The position numbers and the translations under genes are program-made. From the IMG/VR virus record IMGVR_UViG_3300021401_000005, positions 9,766 to 73,765 of that record: a stretch of DNA of 64,000 nucleotides. One strand, written 5' to 3'. Positions 39,464 through 47,671 of the stretch are shown here, piece by piece. The notes beneath the pieces are model-generated. The model made no database searches and had not been told where the DNA came from. It worked only from the letters and a program-made list of their open reading frames with translations. This stretch comes from a virus (taxonomy: Duplodnaviria > Caudoviricetes). Position 1 is the stretch's first letter, and every line of letters starts with the position of its first letter.

Positions 39464-39685
39464 ATGGCGCATGTCAGCGGCATCATCGCGATCTGCGGCG
39501 CGCTGGCGATCCTTGGGGTTTTTGCGGCGATGGACTTCTATGCGGTGCGCCAATGCTTCTCGCTAGCGCACAGCGGGATCGCCCAGACCGAGCTGTGCGC
39601 GCCGGAGCACATCTTCCGGACCGCGCTAGAAATCGGGGGGATGGCGATCGGCATGTACGGCGTCGCCCGCGTGATGAAGTCGTGA
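39464..39685 (+). CDS. Small membrane protein of the lysis module
   Basis: Hydrophobic termini; follows the endolysin. Confidence 0.55.
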   Translation: MAHVSGIIAICGALAILGVFAAMDFYAVRQCFSLAHSGIAQTELCAPEHIFRTALEIGGMAIGMYGVARVMKS

Positions 39686-39990
39686 GCCCTGGCGATCTGA
39701 TCAACGCGCCGCCGTCGCCCAAAGTTCTCGATTATCCAGGCGCCATGGGGATCGGGATCGGCATCGTATTCACGGCGGCCTTGCTGTTCGTCGCCGGCAA
39801 GTTCGATCCGACCCACGGCACGCTGACGATCTCGATCTTGGTGACGGTTTCGTTTTTCGCGGTCGTCGCAGTGTGCCTGTTCTATACAATCCCCGTGGAC
39901 GAAGCGACGTCGATGGTCATCGGCGCGCTGGTCGCAGCGTTCGGCGCCGTGGTGGCGCATTGGCTTGGTCGCCCGAGGGATAAGCCATGA
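39682..39990 (+). CDS. Holin candidate (3 TM)
   Basis: GTG overlap start; three hydrophobic helices, basic C-terminus. Confidence 0.6.
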   Translation: MSPGDLINAPPSPKVLDYPGAMGIGIGIVFTAALLFVAGKFDPTHGTLTISILVTVSFFAVVAVCLFYTIPVDEATSMVIGALVAAFGAVVAHWLGRPRDKP

Positions 39991-40169
39991 GCCTGGGAAC
40001 CCTCCTCCTCATCATCCTGATCATCATCCTGATTGGAGGCGTCGGCCCGCGCTTCTACTCCGGCGCACCCTGGCAACCGGGCTACGGCTTTGGCAACGGC
40101 GGCATCAGCCTGATCGGCATCCTGCTGATCATCGTCGTCGTCTTGCTGCTGACAGGCAGGCTAGGCTAG
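39987..40169 (+). CDS. DUF3309-like small membrane protein
   Basis: MSLGTLLLIILIIILIGG...GYG...GILLIIVVVLLLTGRL. Confidence 0.75.
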   Translation: MSLGTLLLIILIIILIGGVGPRFYSGAPWQPGYGFGNGGISLIGILLIIVVVLLLTGRLG

Positions 40170-40198
40170 TTTCGATCCACGCCCCTCTGCGGGGCGAC
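40169..40198 (-). CRISPR. Solitary type I-C-like CRISPR repeat (no array, no cas genes)
   Basis: The - strand reads GTCGCCCCGCAGAGGGGCGTGGATCGAAAC: GTCGC 5' end, CGCCCC/GGGGCG stem and GCGTGGATCGAAAC 3' end typical of I-C repeats. Confidence 0.75.
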
Positions 40199-40403
40199 TC
40201 GGTTTTAAAAGAGGGAGACCGCGCTTCCGTAGGAGGTAAAAATCTATTGAAGGCGGTCTCCCGAAGTGCCCCCAGGCGAGGCGGCGCCGGGGGCAAAGCC
40301 GGGTTGTGGGACCCGGCTCAATTCGCGTGTAACGCAAATTTGAACAATTTGCACGTTCTGTTTTAGCGCTAGGCCTGGGAAAAATTACCTAACCGCGTTG
40401 AGA

Positions 40404-40434
40404 AGGAGGGGCGGGTTAGGTGCCCGCCCCTCCT
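40404..40434 (-). promoter_or_regulatory. 12-bp hairpin with CACCUAA loop (GCCUA family; may also act as a terminator)
   Basis: AGGAGGGGCGGG-CACCTAA-CCCGCCCCTCCT on the - strand. Confidence 0.65.
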
Positions 40435-40455
40435 AAATGCACGGCCTGCCACGCC

Positions 40456-40525
40456 TGCCGTGCCTTGCCGAGCGACGCCGCGCCTAACCGCGCCATGCCG
40501 CGCCGAGCCCAGCTCTGCCATGCCT
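40456..40525. repeat. Array of 14 pentamers, consensus NGCCN
   Basis: tgccg tgcct tgccg agcga cgccg cgcct aaccg cgcca tgccg cgccg agccc agctc tgcca tgcct. Confidence 0.85.
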
Positions 40526-40540
40526 GCCACAGCTTATGCC

Positions 40541-40906
40541 TTACCCTTCAAGCGAAATCAACATGTCCGCGATGCTGTAGGCCGTGTCCGCGTCCTTCGT
40601 CGACCAGTCGCTGATCGGGCTCTCGCCCCGCCGATGGATCGCCAGCGCGACCATGAGAATGGCATCTCGCCGCGCCTCGGAGCGCTTCTTGGCATTGCCG
40701 TTGGCGGCGGCGGCGATGCCGTGGTCTGCGTCGCCCAGGATCTCCTTTTCGCTTGGCGGGATGGCGCCGAGCATGCGCTTGAAGGCGGGGATCTCGCGCG
40801 TGGGCTCGCGCGTCGGGGTTGCGGGGATGCCGACGCCGGCGCCGGCGCGAACCTCGGCTTGTCCTTCGATGGTGGGTCGCCACGTCTGGTTCAACTCGTC
40901 ACTCAT
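40541..40906 (-). CDS. Hypothetical protein
   Basis: AAGGAG RBS; last gene of the leftward operon. Confidence 0.6.
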   Translation of the reverse strand: MSDELNQTWRPTIEGQAEVRAGAGVGIPATPTREPTREIPAFKRMLGAIPPSEKEILGDADHGIAAAANGNAKKRSEARRDAILMVALAIHRRGESPISDWSTKDADTAYSIADMLISLEG

Positions 40907-41178
40907 TTCAGTTGCTCCTTTAGCTTGTTGAGGCCCCTGGCCCGGTCAGGGTCTTCGGCGGGCGGCTCGTCATCGAGCTTCCAAGTCGGCGGCAGCTTGA
41001 CGATCTCGACCTTCCAGTCGTGGTCTTGCTCCTCGGCCCGATGGACGAGGGGCTGCGGCGCATAGGCGGTGAAGCAGCGTTGCGGAAAAGGGTAGTGCCA
41101 GATGCTGTGCATGCGACATGCGGCGGCCGGGTCCGTCGCCAGTGTGATGGCGATCACAGCCAGGGCCGCGCGCCTCAT
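40903..41178 (-). CDS. Small secreted hypothetical protein
   Basis: MRRAALAVIAITLATDPAAA signal-like start; coupled to neighbours. Confidence 0.55.
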   Translation of the reverse strand: MRRAALAVIAITLATDPAAACRMHSIWHYPFPQRCFTAYAPQPLVHRAEEQDHDWKVEIVKLPPTWKLDDEPPAEDPDRARGLNKLKEQLK

Positions 41179-41720
41179 GCTCCACCTAGAGCTTGGAGAA
41201 CCTGGGCGAACGAATGGTTTCCCTCTTGCACATTGCCGTGCGTCTTCTCCAGCCACTCGCCATTGTCCATCATGTACGGCGGAACCAGCACCATCCCGTT
41301 CTCGTTGTCGAAGCGGACGAGGCCGACGAATCCCGTGCGCCGGATCAGCCACGCCCGCAGCGCGGGATCGCGATGGGCGTCAGGAAATTTCGGGTCAACC
41401 CAGATCTGGACGGCGGGGATTTTGATCTCGCCGAGCTTGGGGTCCTGTGCCGTGACGAAGTCGGGCATGATATCAATTACACAATGACTGCGGTCAGGGC
41501 GGCTCAGATCGCCCGTGTCTTCGCCTTGCAGCCAAATGCAATTCCATAGGCCGCACTCCCACGGGAACCCTTTCTCGGGCTTGTGGTAGACCTGACAGCC
41601 TGAGTGGCGTTGGAATTTGCAGCGCGTGTTCGCTGGCTTGTTGAGGCCCTTCACGGGCAAGAGCTTGCAACATAAGTTGCAGTCACCGCACTCACGCCTC
41701 TGACGCGAGACAATTTTCAT
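41175..41720 (-). CDS. YkgJ-like CxxCxxCC (Zn/Fe-S) protein
   Basis: CGDCNLCCK...C...GCQVY...ECGLWNCIWL. Confidence 0.7.
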   Translation of the reverse strand: MKIVSRQRRECGDCNLCCKLLPVKGLNKPANTRCKFQRHSGCQVYHKPEKGFPWECGLWNCIWLQGEDTGDLSRPDRSHCVIDIMPDFVTAQDPKLGEIKIPAVQIWVDPKFPDAHRDPALRAWLIRRTGFVGLVRFDNENGMVLVPPYMMDNGEWLEKTHGNVQEGNHSFAQVLQALGGA

Positions 41721-41761
41721 CGACTCATTCCTTGTTGGGGGCTAGGCGCGCCCCCGTTAGC

Positions 41762-42316
41762 TCACTCGCTGATGTCGCCGAGCATGACGCCGCGAAAGGC
41801 GTCGTGGCGCGCGGGGACGCAATTGCAGAAGTCGAGCATCGGCGTGATCTGCTGAGCCTGCATCCTAGCCTGCGCCGCCTGCGCCGCCTCCGCCCCCGCC
41901 TGCGCCGCCTGCGAGTTCAGCGCGTTCATCAATCGCCGCTGCGTCGTCTCATCCATCTGTCTGGCGACCAGAGGCCTACCCACGCCCACCGTCAGAGGCC
42001 CGCCGGCCCCGCCGCCCGTGACCATGATCTGCGGCGGCATTTCGGTGATGTACCGCCGCGCCAAGAGATCGCGCTCCAGGCGATGGCGCATCTCCTGCGC
42101 ATGAATCTGGGCTTGAAGCCGCCTGTTCTCGTCGAGCAACTCATCGACCCGGCGTTCCTCGTCGAGTAGCTCATCGACCCGGCGTTCCAGCGCATCGATC
42201 CTCGCATCGTACTCGGCGAGACTGAGCGTCGGCTCTGGCTCTGGGTCCGGTCTCGGCCCCTCAAACCGGGCGAGTATCGCGGTCGAAACGAACGCGAGCA
42301 TGTCTGTGAGTGTCAT
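41762..42316 (-). CDS. Hypothetical coiled-coil protein with a 10-aa tandem duplication
   Basis: RRVDELLDEE-RRVDELLDEN. Confidence 0.6.
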   Translation of the reverse strand: MTLTDMLAFVSTAILARFEGPRPDPEPEPTLSLAEYDARIDALERRVDELLDEERRVDELLDENRRLQAQIHAQEMRHRLERDLLARRYITEMPPQIMVTGGGAGGPLTVGVGRPLVARQMDETTQRRLMNALNSQAAQAGAEAAQAAQARMQAQQITPMLDFCNCVPARHDAFRGVMLGDISE

Positions 42317-42573
42317 TAGGCCTCTCCCTCTTCAAACAGATCCATCGTCTGCGGGACGACGAACTTCGACTTCACGCCTAGCGCATCGAACTCGTTCCAT
42401 TCCAGGCGCATGAAGGCATCTCCGGCAGGCTCGCCTCGCGCCTTGGGGATCGTGCAATAGGCCCGAATCCCCCAGCTCTTCACCGTATTGACCACGAGGA
42501 TACAGCGGAACCAGTGCGCCGGTCCGTCCTCGTTAACTTGAATCAGGTCACCTTCCGAAACCTCTTTGCGCAT
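42316..42573 (-). CDS. Hypothetical protein
   Basis: Coupled ORF in the operon. Confidence 0.6.
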   Translation of the reverse strand: MRKEVSEGDLIQVNEDGPAHWFRCILVVNTVKSWGIRAYCTIPKARGEPAGDAFMRLEWNEFDALGVKSKFVVPQTMDLFEEGEA

Positions 42574-42775
42574 TGGGCGCGTCCTTCAGCTGTCGTTCCT
42601 CCAGCGCGTCGAGCCGCGCTATCAGCCATCCAATCTCCCGGCGATATTCCCGGATCGCGTTCAGCGTTAGGGTGACGTTCTTCTTCGTCTTGAGCGCGTA
42701 CCAAGCGCCGAGCCCTACGGCGATCAGGATCACGATCTGCATCACGGCAGTGGCGAGTTGGAGCCACGCGATCAT
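42548..42775 (-). CDS. Small TM protein
   Basis: N-terminal hydrophobic helix; ATGA coupling. Confidence 0.5.
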   Translation of the reverse strand: MIAWLQLATAVMQIVILIAVGLGAWYALKTKKNVTLTLNAIREYRREIGWLIARLDALEERQLKDAPNAQRGFGR

Positions 42776-42984
42776 TGGATCGACTCGATCCATCGGATGA
42801 CCGCAGGCGAATCATCGCTCATGGCGTGCATTGTACCGGCCAAGATCTGAGCGTGGTGGACCTTCATGTCCTGCCGGCGGTTGACCTCGATGCCGATCAG
42901 GCTGACCGCGTGCTGGAGATCCCCGGCGCGCGCCAGCTCCAAGGCGCGCCTCTTCAGATCGGCGAGCCACTCCTCCTTGGTCAC
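42772..42984 (-). CDS. Hypothetical protein
   Basis: GTGA overlap with the RecT stop. Confidence 0.55.
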   Translation of the reverse strand: MTKEEWLADLKRRALELARAGDLQHAVSLIGIEVNRRQDMKVHHAQILAGTMHAMSDDSPAVIRWIESIQ

Positions 42985-44228
42985 CGCGCGCCCACCTTGT
43001 CGGCGACGTTGCGCCATGCCTTGAGCTGGGCCAGGGAGATCCGCGCCATTTCATCTGGGGGTAATTCGTTTACCCAGCGCTCCAGCTCGGGACGGCCTTT
43101 CTTGGCCATGTCCGCGCCGCGCTCTTCGACCGGCGGCGTCAGCAGAAGATCGGGGGCGGAACCACCGGGAGCCGGCGCGGGGGTTTGCGATGCTCCCGGT
43201 GGCGCCTGTGAGCCGGGAGAGTGGCGCCCTTCCGGCTCTGGCGGCGCGCGGTGCGAAGGCGCGCCATCCGGGGCGGGGGGGATCTCCGCCCTGGATTCGA
43301 GAGGTTGCGCGGCCCCCTCGTCTCCGGCGCCTACTCCGGAGATGTCATGGGGGGCCGCGCGTTCCTGCGACAGGGGAGTCGACACCCGGTCAGCAGAACC
43401 AAATTCACCAGTCTCGGGATCGACTCCGACGAGAAGCTCTAGGCGGTCATCGAGTACGCTCGGCGCTTGAATACGGTCGGCGCGATCTCGCTCGACATTA
43501 TATAGCTCATCGTCGCGCGATAACAAACCCATGATGTCGCTGGACATCGGCAATTGCTTGGCGTGCCTCCTCGCGATCGTCTTTTTCGCCATCTCGTCGA
43601 AGCTCTTGCGCCACGCGGGCGAGAACTCGCCCTTGCGGTTCTTCCGCGCATACGTGTCGCGCACCAGCTCGACCTCGGCGCGCGTCATGACGTCCCGGCT
43701 TTTGTCGCCGCCTCTGATTTTGGCGACCGAATAGACGTGGGTCAGGAGCCCGTGGTCGAGATGCCGGCGCAGGCGCTTGTTGTAATCCTCGTCGGTTTCG
43801 CCGTCGGCGCGCACCAGCTCCGGCGCCATGTAGGGCTTGTGCTTGATGAACGGATCATCGCCCAGCTCGTAGTCGAAGAAGTCTTTGGCGTGGACCGCCG
43901 TAACGTCCCAGCTGGTCACCTCGCCAGAGCGGCGGACCTTCTTCCGGACGCCCGCCACCATTGGCATCCATGTCACTTGGCCGTCGAAGGGCACGAGCGC
44001 GCCGTCGTGGCCGTCAGGCAGGAGCCCATCGCTCGCCGCCTTCATGGCCGCGTTCATCAGGCTGCGCCGATTGCAGTTGAGCAGATTGGGGTCGAGGTTG
44101 ATCGCCGTCATGATGACGCGGACGAACTTCTTGGGATCGACGCCAGACCCGGTTAGCGCCGCCTCGAACTGGGTCATCCGCTGGCCCAGCTCCTGCGGGA
44201 TCGTAAGCTCCTTAGACTCCGCCATCAT
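42981..44228 (-). CDS. recT: RecT-family single-strand annealing protein
   Basis: SLMNAAMKAASDGLLPDGHDGALVPF, SPAWRKSFDEMAKKTIARRHAKQLPMS; adjacent to an exonuclease. Confidence 0.88.
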   Translation of the reverse strand: MMAESKELTIPQELGQRMTQFEAALTGSGVDPKKFVRVIMTAINLDPNLLNCNRRSLMNAAMKAASDGLLPDGHDGALVPFDGQVTWMPMVAGVRKKVRRSGEVTSWDVTAVHAKDFFDYELGDDPFIKHKPYMAPELVRADGETDEDYNKRLRRHLDHGLLTHVYSVAKIRGGDKSRDVMTRAEVELVRDTYARKNRKGEFSPAWRKSFDEMAKKTIARRHAKQLPMSSDIMGLLSRDDELYNVERDRADRIQAPSVLDDRLELLVGVDPETGEFGSADRVSTPLSQERAAPHDISGVGAGDEGAAQPLESRAEIPPAPDGAPSHRAPPEPEGRHSPGSQAPPGASQTPAPAPGGSAPDLLLTPPVEERGADMAKKGRPELERWVNELPPDEMARISLAQLKAWRNVADKVGAR

Positions 44229-45165
44229 CGACTCCCTTGACCGAAACTTGCGGGTATTGCGTCGCCTTCACGGTATATGATTTCTTCTTCACAACCTTCA
44301 CCGTCACCACGCGCGAACCGCAGCGCGCGCCAGGAGCGTTGGCCAGCTTGGTCATGATTCGCGCGTCGAGGATCTTGCGCTGATCCGTCGCGTCGGCACC
44401 CGCCTTCTCAACTTGCTTGAGCTGCGCTCTGTCGTTCAGGATCTCGCGGAACTCGACGTCGGGCGTGAGATCGATGATCGGCCCGGTGCCCTCCTCGTAG
44501 AGATCGAAGACCACCTTGCGGTCGCGGCCGAAGTCCGGATCGTAGGGGTCTCCCTCGGCCACCCGGCGCCATAGCTCGCCGGTCAGATCCTCGATCTTGT
44601 GGATAAGGTGCGGCTTGAGCGGGATGTCGATGTAGACGACCTCGATGCCGCCATCGCCCAGCTTCATCGCGGCCACGCCGGCCCAGCTGGCGCCGGTCAG
44701 ATAGGCTTCAATCGAGGCCTGGACGGCCACCCAGGTGGGCACCGCAATGTTGCCGTGCTCGTCATGCCAGCGGCGCTTGAAGGCGAACTGGCCGACGGTT
44801 TTGATCTGCACGATGCCAGCACCCCCATAGGCGGCGTCCTCTGGCCGGACCGCCCTAGCGTCCGGCGTGCAGCCGATCCGGGTCTCGTCGTCCCAGAAAT
44901 AGTGGTCGCTCTTGTCGAGCTTCCAGCTCGGATAATCCTCGCGCAGGATGTCGACGACGACCGGCTCGAACCGGCGCCCGCGCCGCAGCGTCGGGTTGTC
45001 TTCCTCATCGGGGAGCTTGCCGCTCTTCGCCGCCCAGAGCTTAAATGGAGTCCAGTACGGGTGAATATCGGGGCCAAATAGGCCCGCCGCTTCCGACGCA
45101 TTCACATTGCTGCGGCGCCTCGCTAACCATTGCTCGCGAGAGGTTATGGGCCAGCTGTGAATCAT
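44212..45165 (-). CDS. YqaJ-family (lambda-type) exonuclease
   Basis: WLARRRSNVNASEAA, TPFKLWAAKSG, RRGRRFEP, IGCTPDA, VQIKT. Confidence 0.88.
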   Translation of the reverse strand: MIHSWPITSREQWLARRRSNVNASEAAGLFGPDIHPYWTPFKLWAAKSGKLPDEEDNPTLRRGRRFEPVVVDILREDYPSWKLDKSDHYFWDDETRIGCTPDARAVRPEDAAYGGAGIVQIKTVGQFAFKRRWHDEHGNIAVPTWVAVQASIEAYLTGASWAGVAAMKLGDGGIEVVYIDIPLKPHLIHKIEDLTGELWRRVAEGDPYDPDFGRDRKVVFDLYEEGTGPIIDLTPDVEFREILNDRAQLKQVEKAGADATDQRKILDARIMTKLANAPGARCGSRVVTVKVVKKKSYTVKATQYPQVSVKGVDDGGV

Positions 45166-45413
45166 CGACGGGGCCTCTGATTTAGCCGCTGCTCTTTCCG
45201 AGTTGCCCCATGGATAGTTTTGGCGGCGGCGGCGCGCTCAAGCATGAGGCAGCCGCAGGATTGAGTGGTGCCTGACCTCAAGCGATCTTTCCGCGTCGTT
45301 TTCTGCCCGCCGCAATCACAACGACAGACAGCGAGGATGCGCCTCCCATCGCCTTGAAGCTCGATGACAGTGAGTCGTCCGAACCGGCGACCTATCAAGC
45401 TTTCAGGGATCAC
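45162..45413 (-). CDS. Isolated Zn-ribbon module of the AP2/HNH homing-endonuclease type (possible remnant)
   Basis: LIGRRFGRLTV...CRCDCG...LRSGTTQSCGC with no nuclease domain following. Confidence 0.6.
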   Translation of the reverse strand: MIPESLIGRRFGRLTVIELQGDGRRILAVCRCDCGGQKTTRKDRLRSGTTQSCGCLMLERAAAAKTIHGATRKEQRLNQRPRR

Positions 45414-45703
45414 GCGTGGCCCTCTGTTTCGGGCTGGCCCTCGAACCGGGCGATCATCTCCTTGAACAGCGTCACGATGTCGCGTCGGTCAGCGCCATTG
45501 CTGATGAAGTTCGCCCGTCCCTCGTGATCGGCGAAGGGAAACACGAGAAGGACGAATCCGGTCTTGCGGTCCTTGCCCTTGGCTTTGCCATTGAACATCT
45601 CATCGAGAGCGCCCGCCATCGCGTTCATCATCTCGATGTATTCTGGCTCGATCGGCCCGTCGCCGAGTGAATGCTTAACCATCGGCCTTCTCCGATATTT
45701 CAT
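45410..45703 (-). CDS. Hypothetical protein
   Basis: GFVLLVFPF...ANFISNGADRRD; start at 45703 or 45682. Confidence 0.6.
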   Translation of the reverse strand: MKYRRRPMVKHSLGDGPIEPEYIEMMNAMAGALDEMFNGKAKGKDRKTGFVLLVFPFADHEGRANFISNGADRRDIVTLFKEMIARFEGQPETEGHA

Positions 45704-46017
45704 CGCTGGAAAACCGTGACGCGGATAAAGGAATCCGGCCCGCGCATGCGCCGGACCCAATCGGCGAAGCTCTCGCCCTCCGGACAGAAGCCGTGGATGA
45801 AGTGCTCTTCGTTGCAGCGCTTGATCTCTGCGAGGCCGCGCTCCGCGCACTTGGGACAATAGGAATACGAGCCGAACAGGAAGCCGCCGCTCTCCGGCCG
45901 GTTCGTCCAATCCTGGCTGCAAATATCGCAGACGACCGTGGCGCCGATCAGAACCTTGGTTCCCGGCTCGGCGAAGGCCTTCGACCATTTGCCATGCAGA
46001 TCGTCAGGTATTGTCAT
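45700..46017 (-). CDS. Cys-containing hypothetical protein
   Basis: CDIC...CPKC. Confidence 0.6.
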   Translation of the reverse strand: MTIPDDLHGKWSKAFAEPGTKVLIGATVVCDICSQDWTNRPESGGFLFGSYSYCPKCAERGLAEIKRCNEEHFIHGFCPEGESFADWVRRMRGPDSFIRVTVFQR

Positions 46018-46438
46018 CGACCTTCACCGCGCGCGTTTTCTGGTTGACGAGGTATTTCCGGACCGCCGCCCGATGCCCGATTTCGGCGTCGTCCCAAGAC
46101 GAATAACGCTCCTGACAGAGCGTCTCGGGGACTGGCTCCGGCGGGCCGCCGCAGAAGCTCATCGTCCGGCCCTCTTGCTGGAAAGCCATGGTCTCGAACA
46201 GAAGCGGCGGCCCCTTGCCCAAGTGCCAGCGATGATCGAGGCCCATGAACACCGTCGAAACCCACTTAGTCGCGTTGCCGCTCCACCAGAGGCTTCGATG
46301 CGCAGGCTCCTCCAGCCACCGGCCCCACTTGTGCATGCTGTAGCAGGGGATTGGCGTGTGCCCGTCCTCGCCGCCCAGGATGTATTGGCCGAGCCACGGA
46401 AGGTCAGGAAAATCATCCAGCATGCGCCGCTTCGGCAT
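46004..46438 (-). CDS. Conserved phage hypothetical protein
   Basis: WVSTVFMGLDH...PLLFETMAF...RYSSWDDAEIGH. Confidence 0.65.
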   Translation of the reverse strand: MPKRRMLDDFPDLPWLGQYILGGEDGHTPIPCYSMHKWGRWLEEPAHRSLWWSGNATKWVSTVFMGLDHRWHLGKGPPLLFETMAFQQEGRTMSFCGGPPEPVPETLCQERYSSWDDAEIGHRAAVRKYLVNQKTRAVKVDDNT

Positions 46439-46772
46439 CGTTTAGGCTCCACAATCCACCGTCCGAGCGGATCTTCCCCTCTTTCCGCCACTTGGCGATC
46501 AGGCCGTTCAGCGAAGATTCGGCGAACCCGGCAATCCCGAGGGCCTGTCGCAGCTCGCCCCAGCGCTTAGGTCCAGTCTTCAGGGCGCCGTGGAGGATTT
46601 CGCCTGACGACACATAAATACCCACCGCTGCCTTTTTGGGCGGCTCGATCGCTGCAACCTCCTCGACCGGCCAGACCTTCAGGTCCGGGTCCCACTGGGC
46701 GCCCTTGAACGCGGCATCGATGATGGCGGCCAGACGGTCCCCGCTGACTGTCACCTGAATGCGGTATTTCAT
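46413..46772 (-). CDS. First gene of the leftward operon, possible winged-helix C-terminus
   Basis: GGAGTCGAAA-ATG at 46772. Confidence 0.65.
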   Translation of the reverse strand: MKYRIQVTVSGDRLAAIIDAAFKGAQWDPDLKVWPVEEVAAIEPPKKAAVGIYVSSGEILHGALKTGPKRWGELRQALGIAGFAESSLNGLIAKWRKEGKIRSDGGLWSLNDAEAAHAG

Positions 46773-46925
46773 TTTCGACTCCTGCGGGGGACGACCCTGA
46801 CTGGGGCCGCCCCCCGACCTCCCGTGGATCGGCCAGCTATTGGCGCGCGCCTTAGCGGCCTGCCTCGCTGCCGTTCCCGACGCCAGCGCTCGATTCGGCC
46901 GAACAGCTAACCGATGGGCGAATCC

Positions 46926-46990
46926 ATCTTGCAGAACGTGCAAGACGCGGTCAAATGGAATTTGCATCGACCGCAACTCGCGCGCTATCC
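46926..46990. promoter_or_regulatory. Divergent promoters with two operators
   Basis: Leftward TTGACC-N17-CAAGAT (46954-46926); rightward TTGCAT-N17-CTATCC (46962-46990); operators at 46929-46943 and 46962-46976. Confidence 0.75.
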
Positions 46991-46997
46991 TGCGGCG

Positions 46998-47225
46998 ATG
47001 CGCTTGAGCGAATATCTGGCCAAGAACGAAATGAACCCCGAGCAATTCGCGGCGAAGGTGGGCGTCCACCCGACCACGATCTATCGACTGCTCTCGGGCG
47101 CGACCATCCCCAAGCGCCAAAACCTTAAGAAAATCATGGCGGCGACCGAGGGCGAGGTCGATATCAGTGATCTGATGTTTGCTGTCTCCTCCCAGTCGAA
47201 ACCCGATGCCAAGGAGGCAGTATGA
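46998..47225 (+). CDS. Cro-like HTH regulator
   Basis: MRLSEYLAKNEMNPEQFAAKVGVHPTTIYRLLSGATIP...TEGEVDISDL. Confidence 0.85.
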   Translation: MRLSEYLAKNEMNPEQFAAKVGVHPTTIYRLLSGATIPKRQNLKKIMAATEGEVDISDLMFAVSSQSKPDAKEAV

Positions 47226-47662
47226 CCGAGCGACCGAACGGGCCAACCCAAGAGGAAACAGAGGAAGTCGTCCAAGCGATCGAGGGGTACATGGCGGACC
47301 TTCAGTCCGAGAAATCCCTCTATATGTCCCGGTGCAAGCCGATCCACGAGGCGATCAAGGACACCATCGAGGATGCGGTCAAAACCAAGGGGTTCGACAA
47401 AAAAGCGTTGAAGGTGGGCGTCAAGCAGCGCGAATTTCTCCGCAAAATGGAGAAGCTTGAAAACGAGCTGGACGAGGTCACCCAGCACGCGCTCGACCGG
47501 CTCCAGCTCCACCTCGGGACGTTCGTTGATTCGCCGCTCGGCAGGGCGGCCATGGATGCGGCAAGGGCTGGCACGGTGCGGCGCCCGCGTAAGAGGCGCG
47601 ATCCCATCGAGGAGCTGGTGCGCGAGGACGAGCCGCCGGAAGACGCCGCCGCCGCCGAATAG
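47222..47662 (+). CDS. GapR-like (DUF2312) DNA-binding protein
   Basis: IKDTIEDAVKTKGFDKKALK...LGTFVDSPLGRAA pattern. Confidence 0.6.
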   Translation: MTERPNGPTQEETEEVVQAIEGYMADLQSEKSLYMSRCKPIHEAIKDTIEDAVKTKGFDKKALKVGVKQREFLRKMEKLENELDEVTQHALDRLQLHLGTFVDSPLGRAAMDAARAGTVRRPRKRRDPIEELVREDEPPEDAAAAE

Positions 47663-47671
47663 CTGGCGGCC

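Noticed and set aside
40100-40300. Possible CRISPR mini-array
   Set aside because: No second, even degenerate, repeat was seen at 30-40 nt on either side; kept only as a solitary repeat.
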